A DNA stretch of 63,337 nt, filler included, from Bigelowiella natans CCMP2755 (GCA_000320545.1; 5 parts of 5 records of this genome joined end to end with filler, not necessarily neighbours in it); one strand, 5' to 3'. Counted from the first letter of the whole stretch, positions 12,844 to 23,549 are shown. The notes: a model not told the origin generated them from the sequence alone. Numbers and translations: made by a program.

Positions 12844-14385
12844 ATGGAAGGACGTTTGCCTGCTGACCCCAAGAACCTCCGTAAGGACGTGAAGGACAAG
12901 CCTCACCTTGGCGTTGTCATCGTCGGCCACGTTGATGCGGGAAAATCCACAACGACTGGACACCTTCTTTTCGAGCTTGGTACTATGGATGAACGTGCCA
13001 AGGCCGATTTGATTGCGAAGGCAAAGGAAATGAAGAAAGAATCCTTCGCCTTCGCTTTCTTCATGGACAAGCAGAAGGAGGAACGCGAGCGTGGTGTGAC
13101 TATCTCCTGTACCACCAAGGAATTCCACACTACCAACTTCCATTACACTGTTATCGACGCTCCCGGACACAAGGATTTCATCAAGAACATGATTTCCGGT
13201 GCCTCCCAAGCTGATGTAGCTCTTCTTATGGTACCTGCGAAGAAGGGAGGTTTCGAGGCTGCTATCCAGAAGGGAGATGGATCCGCTGACGCCCAGAAGG
13301 GCCAGACCCGCCACCACGCTGAGCTCACGAAGCTTCTCGGAATTCAGCAGATCATGGTGGGTGTCAACAAAATGGACGAGAAATCTGTGAAGTACGACCA
13401 AGCACGTTACAAGGAGATTAAGAAAAACATGCTTAGCATGCTCAAACAATCCGGTTGGAAAATCAACGGAAAGCTTTCGAAGGCAGACAAGGAGAAAGGA
13501 AAGAAGAAAGGGCCTAACCTCATTCCCGTCATCCCTATCTCTGGTTGGGAGGGAGATAACCTCATCGTACCATCTAAAAAGATGCCTTGGTTCAACAAGA
13601 AAGGATGGACTGCAACCACCCCATCTGGAGTTAAGGTGAAGGGAGAGACCCTCTTCCAGGCGCTCGATCAGTTCGTTGAGCCTGTCACCCGTGACCTTAC
13701 TAAGCCACTTCGTTGCCCGCTTTCAGGAGTTTTTAAGATGTCCGCAGGTACCGTCATTACTGGTCGTATCGAACAGGGAGAACTTGAAAAGGAGATTAAG
13801 ACCAAAACGGGTGTCACTGGTACCCCTGTGAAGTTCTATCCTTCCGGCCTCAAGGCTAAGGTCTTCTCCATCGAAGCTCACCACAGGCAGCAGGCCAAAG
13901 CAGTTGCTGGAGACAATGTTGGTATTTGCATCAAAGGCCTTCCAAAGAACGTTTTCCCGAAGGCTGGTGAGGTGATGACTCTGGCTAGTGAATCTCCTGG
14001 TGTCGGTAAGACTAAGTCTTTCATCGTGAACGTGAAGATTCAGGATCATCCTGGGAAGTTGAAGGTGGGATACACCCCTCTCGTTCTTATCCGTACTGCT
14101 AAGGCTCCTTGCAAAGTTGCCAAGATTCTCTGGAAGGTCACCAAGGCAAGTCAGAAGCAAATGAAGTCAAAGAAGGATCTTGATAATTTCAAGGAGAACG
14201 ATGCCAAGTTCGTTCAGAAGGGAGATCTTGCGGAGATTGAATTCGAGCCACAGATGCCAATGGTTGTCCAAAAACTTTCTGATTGTGAGGGACTCGGTCG
14301 TGTTGCTGTTCTGGAGTCCAACTCCCTTGTAATGATTGGCAAGGTTCAGGATTGCGTCAACGAGGCAGTTGCAGATCGTACATGA
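12844..14385 (+). CDS. EFL: Elongation factor-like GTPase (EFL, the EF-1alpha replacement), intronless
   Basis: GTPase motifs GHVDAGKSTTTG, ERERGVTI, DAPGHKDFIKNMISG and NKMD. EFL-type features include TTKEFHT, the insert GFEAAIQKG...KGQTRHHA and HPGKLKVGY. Codon use is strongly biased. Confidence 0.95.
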   Translation: MEGRLPADPKNLRKDVKDKPHLGVVIVGHVDAGKSTTTGHLLFELGTMDERAKADLIAKAKEMKKESFAFAFFMDKQKEERERGVTISCTTKEFHTTNFHYTVIDAPGHKDFIKNMISGASQADVALLMVPAKKGGFEAAIQKGDGSADAQKGQTRHHAELTKLLGIQQIMVGVNKMDEKSVKYDQARYKEIKKNMLSMLKQSGWKINGKLSKADKEKGKKKGPNLIPVIPISGWEGDNLIVPSKKMPWFNKKGWTATTPSGVKVKGETLFQALDQFVEPVTRDLTKPLRCPLSGVFKMSAGTVITGRIEQGELEKEIKTKTGVTGTPVKFYPSGLKAKVFSIEAHHRQQAKAVAGDNVGICIKGLPKNVFPKAGEVMTLASESPGVGKTKSFIVNVKIQDHPGKLKVGYTPLVLIRTAKAPCKVAKILWKVTKASQKQMKSKKDLDNFKENDAKFVQKGDLAEIEFEPQMPMVVQKLSDCEGLGRVAVLESNSLVMIGKVQDCVNEAVADRT

Positions 14386-14629
14386 CGATGCTTAATTGTG
14401 AATGTAGATAACAACTTCGCAACTTCGCATCGTCTTACGCACCATGTATTTTCTCTAGAAAAGTTTATTTCTCTACATCAAGTTGACATTGTTTTGCGTT
14501 CGTTGACCTGAACAAGTTGTACTCGCGCCGACGTAGCGGCGCTCATTGTGAAAAGAAGCATGTGTATGAACGAATTCTGCAGTGCGCTGGTGGCAATGCA
14601 TACAAATTCATGAAATTACATAAAATTCT

Positions 14630-15500
14630 TGCATGTCTAGGTGTCTGTAGCGTAGATGTACGTACGCATGTCTAGATGTGTGCACCAGGCTAGCAGGGCC
14701 TTCTAGAAACCTAGCGTAGCAGGTGTGTGTGGGGGGGAAGTGCTAGAGTGCTTAGATACATCGCATGATGCACACATGCACACACATATGTCTAGCTAGC
14801 TAGACATGTCACAATCTGTAGGTCTGTCAGGTCTAGCTAGCAGCTAGCTGGCTAGACAAACTACTAGCAAGGCTAGAAGGTCCAAGTCTACCTCTAGACC
14901 TACCTAGCTACGCTCTACGTCTAGTAGTAGACGTACGTACGGTCTAGCGGTCTAGCTAGCTAGCTAGCTCTAGAGCTAGCGGCCTCAGCTAGCTCAGCTA
15001 GTCAGGCCAGCAGGACACAGAGGATTTGAATGAGGATAGATCTAGCTAGCTAGATGTCTAGATCTAGAGATGTCTAGATGTGCACTAGTCTAGCTAGTAG
15101 TTGTATGCTACCTTCATTTGCTACATCTAGACATGCTAGTATGCCTAGATAAGATGCAGCGCAAAGCAATTGCAATGCGATCATGAGTCAAATTACACAA
15201 CTCTAGCTAGCTAGAACTAGACAAGCCACATGTCATGCTAGAATAGCGCAGCTGGGTTCATCTAGTCATGATTATAGATGCAAAATAACGACGGTATCGT
15301 AGCTATGTAGATACACTAGTATAGCTAGATAGCCTAATGAGTATTTGACCTAGTGTTTCTAGCATTGTACTGTGTGACATCTAGACATGGCTGGACATGT
15401 GCCAGTCAAGAGCAATGTGACAGCAATCTTTAAATGCCTAATGACCAGAATAAACGCAGCTAATTTGATTTAATAATTCTAGAGTTATGCTGCTCGATCT
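14630..15500. repeat. CTAG/AGCT/CATG-rich low-complexity tract between convergent genes
   Basis: Dense ctag, tctaga, gctagc and acatgt words, e.g. tctagctagctagctagctctagagctagc near 14950. Confidence 0.85.
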
Positions 15501-15849
15501 AAATGCTTTGATTTCGATTCGATTGAAGCCTCTACCGTAGACTGAAGTCTACAGCACCGCACTGCTTCTAGCTCGTGGCCATTAATACACCCGATTAGAG
15601 ATTGATTGATCATTTTAAATATAATTTGACGGTGTGCCAAATATGGTGAATTAGACCGCAACCGAGTTATACATAACCAAGCCCTCGTTTACTCTTGGCG
15701 CAAGAAGTGTAAAGATTTCTTGCCAACGATGTGGTGTATATTTTACTTTACTCGTGAAAATTGTTGGATTTTTCTTGCAACATAATGTGCTATTTTACAT
15801 CCCCTTAATTGATTTTATTTACAAGTGAAAATTTTATTACGACGAACTC

Positions 15850-16467
15850 TCAGTACGTCGTCAACAAGCGATAAAAAGCGTAGAAACTTTCAACTGACGC
15901 AAATACAGGCCACACTCCCCAATCTATCACCCAGAAATAAAGGGTACTCTTAACTACAAATATTAGGATGTAAAGGTAAATCATTACAGCTCCACAAGCA
16001 ATACCGAGAAGAAATCCCCATTCGTGGCCAAGGAGCATTCCAACACTCGCAGCAATCTGTAAGGGGGTGTACAGAAGTATATCTGCCCAGGCCGAGCCAC
16101 GATCTTCTAATTTTAAGGGGCCTGATAGAAGACAATGTAACAATCATGCAAAGACTGTGGTCTTGTTTTTTCTATTCTCGGCACAACTTAAGATACAGCG
16201 AATAGAAATTTTGAGGTGAATCTTCTCGAGGAAGTTCTGAGCGAAAGAATCTGCATTGTTGCTACCTTTGTAAAAAAAGTCAGATATCCAATAGATTTCT
16301 GGCTTTAACACCACGATGAGTTGGACCGGAAAGATTATTGCCACCATTAGCAACCCGAATACTGCTATGGCTCGGGTCCACTGGTCAACGTGCATCGCTC
16401 CACGCTGAAAACTTCCTATTCTTATTAGTGGTTCGATAGAATATGCCGCTCCATATGAAGCTTTCAT
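15850..16467 (-). CDS. Small multi-pass membrane protein of unknown function (two exons)
   Basis: A GT-AG intron at 16122-16265 joins ISDFFYK-G-PLKLEDRGSAWADILLYTPL in frame. There are about four hydrophobic segments. The start may be the second Met (MHVDQW). Confidence 0.65.
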
Positions 16468-17240
16468 TCCTTATCGAATATGAAGGTCGATTTAAGTACG
16501 ACGCTTTGAAGCGTGAATGTAATCTTCACTCGCTATCGGCTTTCAACTTCGACTCCTTCGAACGAGACAGATGTCTCCCTCCCAAGTCCAATATGGTTCC
16601 CCAAGATATAATCGGCTTATAAAACAAGCAAATATCGGTCGCACTCGAAAAAAGCGACGAGATGCACAAGCTGGTCCTTCAGCTCGAAACATGGTATCAA
16701 ATATCCACCCTTGAACTTCCCATAGGAAATTACCATAGAATCTATCCGGAAAAATAATTAGAAAACACTCAATGTGAATCGGAGAGGGTTGTCGTAGGGA
16801 TATTTCGCCCTTCTTCTTGCAAAGCCACAAAACCCAAAAGACTATTGTAGGTCAGATCGGGGTGAGATTACGCAAGAGAAATATAAGACTAATTTCCATA
16901 TGTGCTACTTAACATTGAAGGCGTAAGGGCGAAAAGGATTCTTTTTCTTTCAGAGATCGATCTGTGAGCATGTTGATCCAGTTGAAAATTTTCCTCAATA
17001 TGTGTCAACAGTGGCTCGTACACATTCGACGACTTCTCTTGGAAAAAAAGCAACAGGTATTTCCGAGGGTTTTGAAACTACGACATGCGAAAATGGTCAT
17101 ACCGCAACACGAAAAAAATGTTGAAATTTATGGGATACGACAATCATCAGAATGCAGATAATCGGTAAGATTTGACTGCGAGTCGGAGGATCGGCTCTGG
17201 CTCTTCAGTGCTCTTCCATACACCATCATCTGCTGTGCAG

Positions 17241-17383
17241 ATGCGAGTCACCCCCTCTCTCGCCTTGCTTTTCGCGTTCGGAAGCAGCATTGTTGTTTCT
17301 GCAGTCAGTGTTGAGGAACTCTACTTCAGCGGGGACCTCTCCCGCCAGGACAACGCGACAGATCACGCAAATCTCGGGTGGGA

Positions 17384-17419
<36 letters not shown>

Positions 17420-18792
17420 CTAATCAAAAATAGAAGCAGTGTTGTATTGACCTCTCCACTTTTGCTGATTGAATCGATGTGTATTTGATATTTTATGCCA
17501 AATGGATCAGGTTTATCTTTAAGAAGTACAAAGTTCATTTCAATAAGAGCTACTTCTCTGCCGAAGAAGAAGCGCACGCGTTCGGCGCGTTCAATGCTAC
17601 GTTGAAGCGCCTCGAGGCTAACCAGAATCCTTCGCATGGACTCACGAAATTCTCCGATCTCTACCCGGAGGAATTTAAAAAGATGTACAACGGATAACTA
17701 AAATATCGTACATTTTTGCAACAACATATTGATCCATATCCCCCCCCCCCTGCAATTGCTAACATAGGTACACAGGACGCAAAAACGTAACTGAGAGGAG
17801 CACCGACCATTTCGTGGGTATGTGGAAATACGACTGTTTGGCCTGCAAGCGCTTTGGAGAGGAGTGGAACTTAACTGAGAGGGGTTCGCTTGACTGGACG
17901 ACGAAAGGAGCAGTTACACCAGTCAAAGATCAGGGACAGTGCGGCTCATGCTGGTCTTTTGGGACCACGGGAGACATTGAGGGCGTCCATTTTCTCGCGA
18001 CGGGAAAGCTAGTGTCTCTAAGCGAGCAGGAACTTGTGTCGTGTGATGATTCAGGGGAGGATGAAGGATGCAATGGCGGTTTGCAGGAGGACGCCTTCGA
18101 ATTCGTAATAAATAACCGTGCAACAACCTTCCACTTTCTCCCCTACCAATTTCATGCAGGCAATATGCTAGCTACGATGAGCGTGTATATTCGCGATAAC
18201 TTTTCGTTTCTTCTTTCCCTTCCTCAGGTGATTAAGCAGGGCGGGCTTGTAACCGAGGAAGAGTACCCATACACAAGTGGTAGGGGGCGTACTGGCCGTT
18301 GCGACAAATCCAAGGAGAAACAGAGAATTGGCGCTTCAATCTCCGGATGGTCTCAAGTCTCGGATAGTGCTAAGGGTGAGGATAAAATCTTGAAAGCGCT
18401 GGTCGCGAGCGGGCCAATCACCATCGGTATCAACGCCACGCCAATGCAAGATTACGACTCGGGGATCGATAATCCACGTCATTGCTCCGGCCAAATGCTA
18501 GATCATGCTGTGCTTATTGTTGGCTATGGTACCGAGGACGGTGTTGATTACTGGTGAGCAAAGCCCAAATCGTCATAATTACGATGTTGATCATTGCTTT
18601 GTGATGTCCAATCCCATTTATGTCTAGATATGTCGGTTCATATAGCTCAGCATCCATACATCTCTTTGCTTGCGTATCAGGAAAATCAAGAACAGTTGGA
18701 ATACAGATTGGGGTGAGGACGGGTACTATCGCATCGTGCGGGGTGTCAACAAGTGCGGCCTTGCCAACGATGCTGTTCATTCGAAATCATAA
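17241..18792 (+). CDS. Papain-family (C1A) cysteine protease, cathepsin L/F-like, with signal peptide and I29 prodomain
   Basis: Signal peptide [14 protein letters not shown] and prodomain [14 protein letters not shown]. Catalytic motifs [21 protein letters not shown] and W-KIKNSW. The C-terminus reads [18 protein letters not shown]. There are four GT-AG introns. Confidence 0.95.
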
Positions 18793-19206
18793 CCAAAATC
18801 CTCCGTTTAGCTTCCGAATCGCTACATAATCGCAGCAACTCGTTTGATTGGATAGCTGTTTCTACAGTCAAAGGACCTTCCCGATTCAACCATGCATTCT
18901 TGATCGTGAATTACCGAAGCTGCATATTGTTCATCCATGTAAATAATTCTCGACATAGGTTTAACTCAGTTGCCTTCTAAGCATCCATGTGTGCACACTC
19001 ACAGAATTTGCATGGTGATGCAGCAAGTGTAGGAACATGCACAGAGCAGAACGCAGCAAAATGCTTACGCCTCCCTGCTGCTGGGTTGTTGCTATTTGGT
19101 AGCATAACGGTGTTGTCGTTACTCGTGAAAGGCATGCACGCTTGATGTCACTATAGACATCGATCTGCGGCCGCACATGATGCGTAAGTAATTTTATGTA
19201 TTAATC

Positions 19207-19520
19207 ATCAAGGATGTGGACCATTTGTTGCAATGTCCACGACACACCTCGCAACAACAAAAAAGACTCAGGAAGTCATTGACAGCGATCATGGACAGGA
19301 CTGACGATGCAAGGAAACTCAGCAAATTAGAATTGGAGCAGCTCTAGCGCTCCTTACGTGACATCAAATATGCTTTTGCTGAAAGGCAGCACATCAGCTA
19401 TGGCAGAAACGAACAACACACAACATGAGCACTATAACCACCACTTTGCACAGCTACACAAGGATGACCATTGATTGAAAAAATGTAATTATTTTGTTAC
19501 ATCCGTTTCACATATGCATT
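19207..19520 (+). mobile_element. Degenerate 3' end of a probable non-LTR retrotransposon (copy 1)
   Basis: It translates as DVDHLLQCPRHTSQQQKRLRKSLTAIMDRTDDARKL...TLHSYTRMTI with stops and frameshifts. It is homologous to the copy at 54797-55384, including the acatccgt(t/c)tca sequence past the stop. Confidence 0.65.
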
Positions 19521-20244
19521 TGCACTTTCAATATCTCTAGAGGTTGGCACAATTATATACACATTTTTCATGTTTTTATAAAGTTATTTTATGATATTTT
19601 GACATAAGTCTAGCCCCGACAACATCGTTTGAAAGTAGTCTTTGGTTGATCCCACGGTGGGAGCACCTCGTCAACTACAATAGCACCAATATGCATTGAT
19701 ATACTTTGGAGATGTGCATCGGAATCATTCATTCCCCCGCTTCAGGGTCATCAATCTCAGCCTCCTACGATTTATAAGATGATATACTACGTGGCCCCAT
19801 GACTCGCTGCAATATCGCCTCGAGAAGGTTGGCAGCCCTACCACGGCTGCGAGATTGCGCGCCTTCTTTCATCGCCTGTGTTGATAAGGAGGTTGGGAAG
19901 AGGTGAGTGGTGGAAGGAGGAGGATGACATCAACGTTCATATGCAGAGAATCAGCCATGATTCAGGGTTTTAGGAGCTAGCACACTACAAAGTGCTCCCC
20001 TTAGTTTCGCTCATCACCTTTCTATAGTGATGGTCTGCTGTCACCTCCACGGCTTTGATAGAAGAACGCAAGCGACGGTGATCTGAGTGGCATCTGCTAT
20101 GGCCTGTATATCGTAAATATATGATCAAATCAACGCGCGAACACAGAAAAACGCAACAATCGTAATACTAGAAGAAATAGGTTACTATGCAATGAAAATA
20201 AGGGAAAATAGAGAACTATATCCTAGGTATCTACTATGTCGTTT

Positions 20245-20344
20245 NNNNNNNNNNNNNNNNNNNNNNNNNNNNNNNNNNNNNNNNNNNNTTAATTAATTAA
20301 NNNNNNNNNNNNNNNNNNNNNNNNNNNNNNNNNNNNNNNNNNNN
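20245..20344. other. Assembly gap with artificial TTAATTAATTAA spacer
   Basis: N run flanking a 12-mer with stop codons in all six frames; identical at all four gaps. Confidence 0.95.
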
Positions 20345-20395
20345 CCCAGCCGCTCCACCTCCCCCCCTCCCCACCTACTCAGCTTCAATAGCAGC

Positions 20396-23300
20396 TTGTA
20401 CAGCTACAGCTTTGAAGGGCAGATATACCGCTACGTGGACAACACCAGCAGCAGCTCTGGGAATGCGGTGGGGGAGAGAACACAGCTCCTTGCTGATACA
20501 AATGCTGCTCCCCCCCCGCAGCTATTCGGAGTGTTTCACAGATGCGAGCGCTCATCAGGGGGGGGAGACGAGGGTCACGGCGACGGCATCGGCCTCGCCC
20601 GAGAACGGCCCCACTACAATGAAGCTACGAGCTACGTGTTTGTGCGGCAAAGTGCAGCGAGGGGGCAAGTGCAAGACGGAGGAGGGCAAGGAGAGAAACA
20701 AGAAGAAAGAGAGAGAGAGCGAGAACAATCTCCTCGTCACTCGTCCGACCGAGCACTCCCTCTCTGCAGTAAACGGGGAGGAGAGGGGGGAGGAGGAGGA
20801 GGAGGAGGAGGAGGAGGAGGAAGAGTTGATGCAGCAGGTGGGGGCGGCGGGGAGGGGGCAAGGAAGCGCATTGTCTGCGACAAGCTGATTGTTGTCGAGG
20901 GGGAGAACGATAGGAAGGCCGTGCTGCGGGAGGTGGACGCGAAGGTCTTCGTGCTCAGGGGAGCGTGCAATATTAGGTAAGGAGGAGGAGGAGGAGGAGG
21001 AGAATATAAGAGCTACTTTTCAGCTCTAAAAAGTACTAGGAAGAAGAAGAAGAAGAAGAAGAAGAAGAAGAAGAAGAAGAGAGATTGACTGAGTTCTTTG
21101 GTGCGAGGAAGGGAGAGAAGGAGGGACAGGATAGGAAGCGAGAGGAGGTGTGGCGTCAAGGAATGTGAACTCTTCTTCTAGCCGAATCATTTCTCGCGCC
21201 CTTAACTCCTTCCTCCATCAGTCTCCTCTCTGTCTTAATACATCATCATTGTCATTGTCATCGTCATCATCATCATCATCGTCATCGTCATCGTCATCGT
21301 CATCATCGTCGTCATCATCATCATCATCGTCATCGTCATCATCATCGTCATTATCATCGTTATCATCGCCATCAAAAAAGGCCTGGCACGCAAGATGCGG
21401 TGATGAGTGCCGCGCAGGGCACCAAGGGGATCGTCTTCCTGATGGACCCAGAGCCGACGGGAAGACATGCGAGGGCCCTCTGCGAAAGGAAGATGGGTGA
21501 GAAAGAAACAAGGGGGGAGGAGGAGAAGGGGAGGGACATCAACCGCACAAATGGGAGAGAAGATACTGATGATGGAAAAGCTCATCATCATCATCGTCAC
21601 CATCTTCAATCATCATCTTTAACTCTATTATCATCATCATCATCATTATCATCATCATCATCCGCAGGACCGCTCTTCCACGCTTTCGTCCCCAGCTCGG
21701 AGTGTACATTGGAGAAGTTCTCGTTTGATGCCAGCAAAGCCTTCCAACACGAGGCTGGGGACGTTGGTAATGTAGACACATAGATAATATGCTATATATG
21801 CTCCTACTCATACATGCATACATCGCCCCTTCCCGCCTCTTGTTCCTCCATAATAAATCCGGAGAGAAGGGAGCTGCGTTACGCATTTGAAGCCCAGGGA
21901 TGACCGGGCCTTTCGACTGATACTTCTCTAACAACAACAGACACAACAACAACAACAACAACAACCTGAATATCTCGTGTACATATCCTCCAGGCATCGA
22001 GCATTGCAAGCCGGGAAGTATTCGGGTCGAAAAAGCGCTCGTTTTCTCTACTTCTTCCTTTCAATGAAATTCGTCTCCCCCCCTTCCCCCCTCCCCTCCC
22101 CTCCCCTTCCGGTTTCTCCCAATCACAGGCAGCTGTACAGAATGCGCGGCTGGCGAAGCCCGGCAGGAAGGTAAGATGTCGTCATTCAGTGAAGAGAGAA
22201 GGGAGCAGTATGTGTGTATATATTTACGTGTATTATTATACATTAAGCATAGATCAAATGCCACTAACAGCTGCTTGCTTTGCTGCTGTCTCCCTGTTCC
22301 CCTCCCCCCCCTCCATTTCCTGCACAAAGGAATTCTCCAGAGACGACCTCGTCAGTCTGGGTCTTGCAGGAGTCTGGAGCATAAGTATTGATTCATGACC
22401 ATTGTGTGTATGCGCGAAAAGAGAAAGAAAGAGAGAGACGGGGGGAGGAGGGGGAAGAGGATATATCCTTAAAATCTTCAGAATGACAATCAATGTCATC
22501 ATTATCATCATCATCATCATCATCATCATTGTTGTTGTTGTTGTTGTTGTTGTTTTCGCTAGCCAAGTGCAATGGCACACGGCGCGGGTTCGAAGGAATG
22601 CTCAGGAAGATGGCGGCCTCCCATCTTGGAATCGGAGGAAGCTCTCCAACGGTGTGTAGTCTTTGAGTACAAAACTCACACACATACTCACACAAATACG
22701 CATATATGCAGATATCTAATGTATTTTTTCTTTTTTTTTAAATGTATTTACACAAAGGCATTAGTCAAGGACCTGAATAACTACGATTTCTCAAGAAAAG
22801 AGCTCGAAGATGCCGTTGCATGGGCAAGGTGGTATTTATATTGCAATGACGACAGGGGGAGGGGAAATGAGACGCTCGCTGGTTGTCTTTCTTTAAGAAC
22901 CTTTTAACTTTTAGAGCAACGCCTCGTTGGAAGGAAAGGCATGTTCTCTTCCCTGAAAAGGAGAAGCGACGAGTGGTAAGTGTCGGAGTCATCCATCATA
23001 TCCCCTCCATATCTCCACTGTCAGTATTCGTGAGGGGGCAGGGAGAGGGGCGACGTATTATTCTTTGTAATTGAAAAATTAAGCGCGCGCGCACACACGC
23101 ACACACACACACACGCACACACGCACACACGCACACACGCACACACGCACACACGCACACACGCACACACTCGCACTCATGGCCTTCTATACTGACAACC
23201 AGAACGTTTCGAAGGCATTCGTAGAAGCTCAAATGAAATTGGGTAAATGGGAGAGGGGCAGGGAAAGAGAGAGGGGTAAACCGGAAGAAGAAATAAAGCT

Positions 23301-23347
<47 letters not shown>

Positions 23348-23549
23348 TGGGATGACAGGGTAAAAACGCTCTTCAGCCCGCTCATTTTTCGGGCCCTTGT
23401 CAATTTTCTTACACGAATTTCCTCTCTGTGATGTATGAACACCCTCCGTTTTTGGGTGATATCTAGACATGGAAGTCGAACGGGAACGCCAGCAAGAAAA
23501 CAACAGGCGCACGGAACTGTGGAAGCGGCTGGGCCTACCATCACGATGA
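20396..23549 (+). CDS. rnmV: Ribonuclease M5-like Toprim protein, multi-exon, 5' end lost in the gap
   Basis: Spliced exons: KLIVVEGENDRKAVLREVDAKVFVLRG / TKGIVFLMDPEPTGRHAR / PLFHAFVP / DVGIEHCKPGSIRAAVQNAR / EFSRDDLVSLGLAG / LRKMAASHLGIGG / KALVKDLNNYDFSRKELEDAV. These follow the RNase M5 Toprim and C-terminal helical domain motifs in order. The last exons (to 23549) are tentative. Confidence 0.85.
21241..21372. repeat. (TCA/TCG)n microsatellite in an intron, representative of many intronic SSRs
   Basis: Visible trinucleotide run. Confidence 0.9.

Noticed and set aside
12721-14160. Long antisense ORFs over EFL (similarly over 24198-26282, 27888-28718 and 51282-52019)
   Set aside because: These are shadows of biased codon use on the coding strand, with no independent motifs.
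14630-15500. CRISPR array, telomeric array or satellite interpretation of the CTAG tract
   Set aside because: No fixed repeat unit, no repeat-spacer periodicity and no TTAGGG-type repeats.
16144-16146. In-frame TGA between two abutting ORFs, suggesting selenocysteine or readthrough
   Set aside because: The TGA lies inside a 144-nt GT-AG intron (16122-16265) whose removal restores the frame.
19600-20110. Coding-like stretch with an SDH tripeptide on the minus strand, possibly an endonuclease remnant or a 5' exon of RNase M5
   Set aside because: Too short and interrupted by stops, with no further motifs.
20289-20300. TTAATTAATTAA palindrome repeated four times in the window
   Set aside because: It is always centred in a 100-bp N block and has stops in all six frames, so it is an assembly spacer. 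Adjacency across these gaps is not guaranteed.
21150-22695. ORFs with poly-S/D/M/I/V runs, here and across the window
   Set aside because: They are translations of intronic microsatellites.
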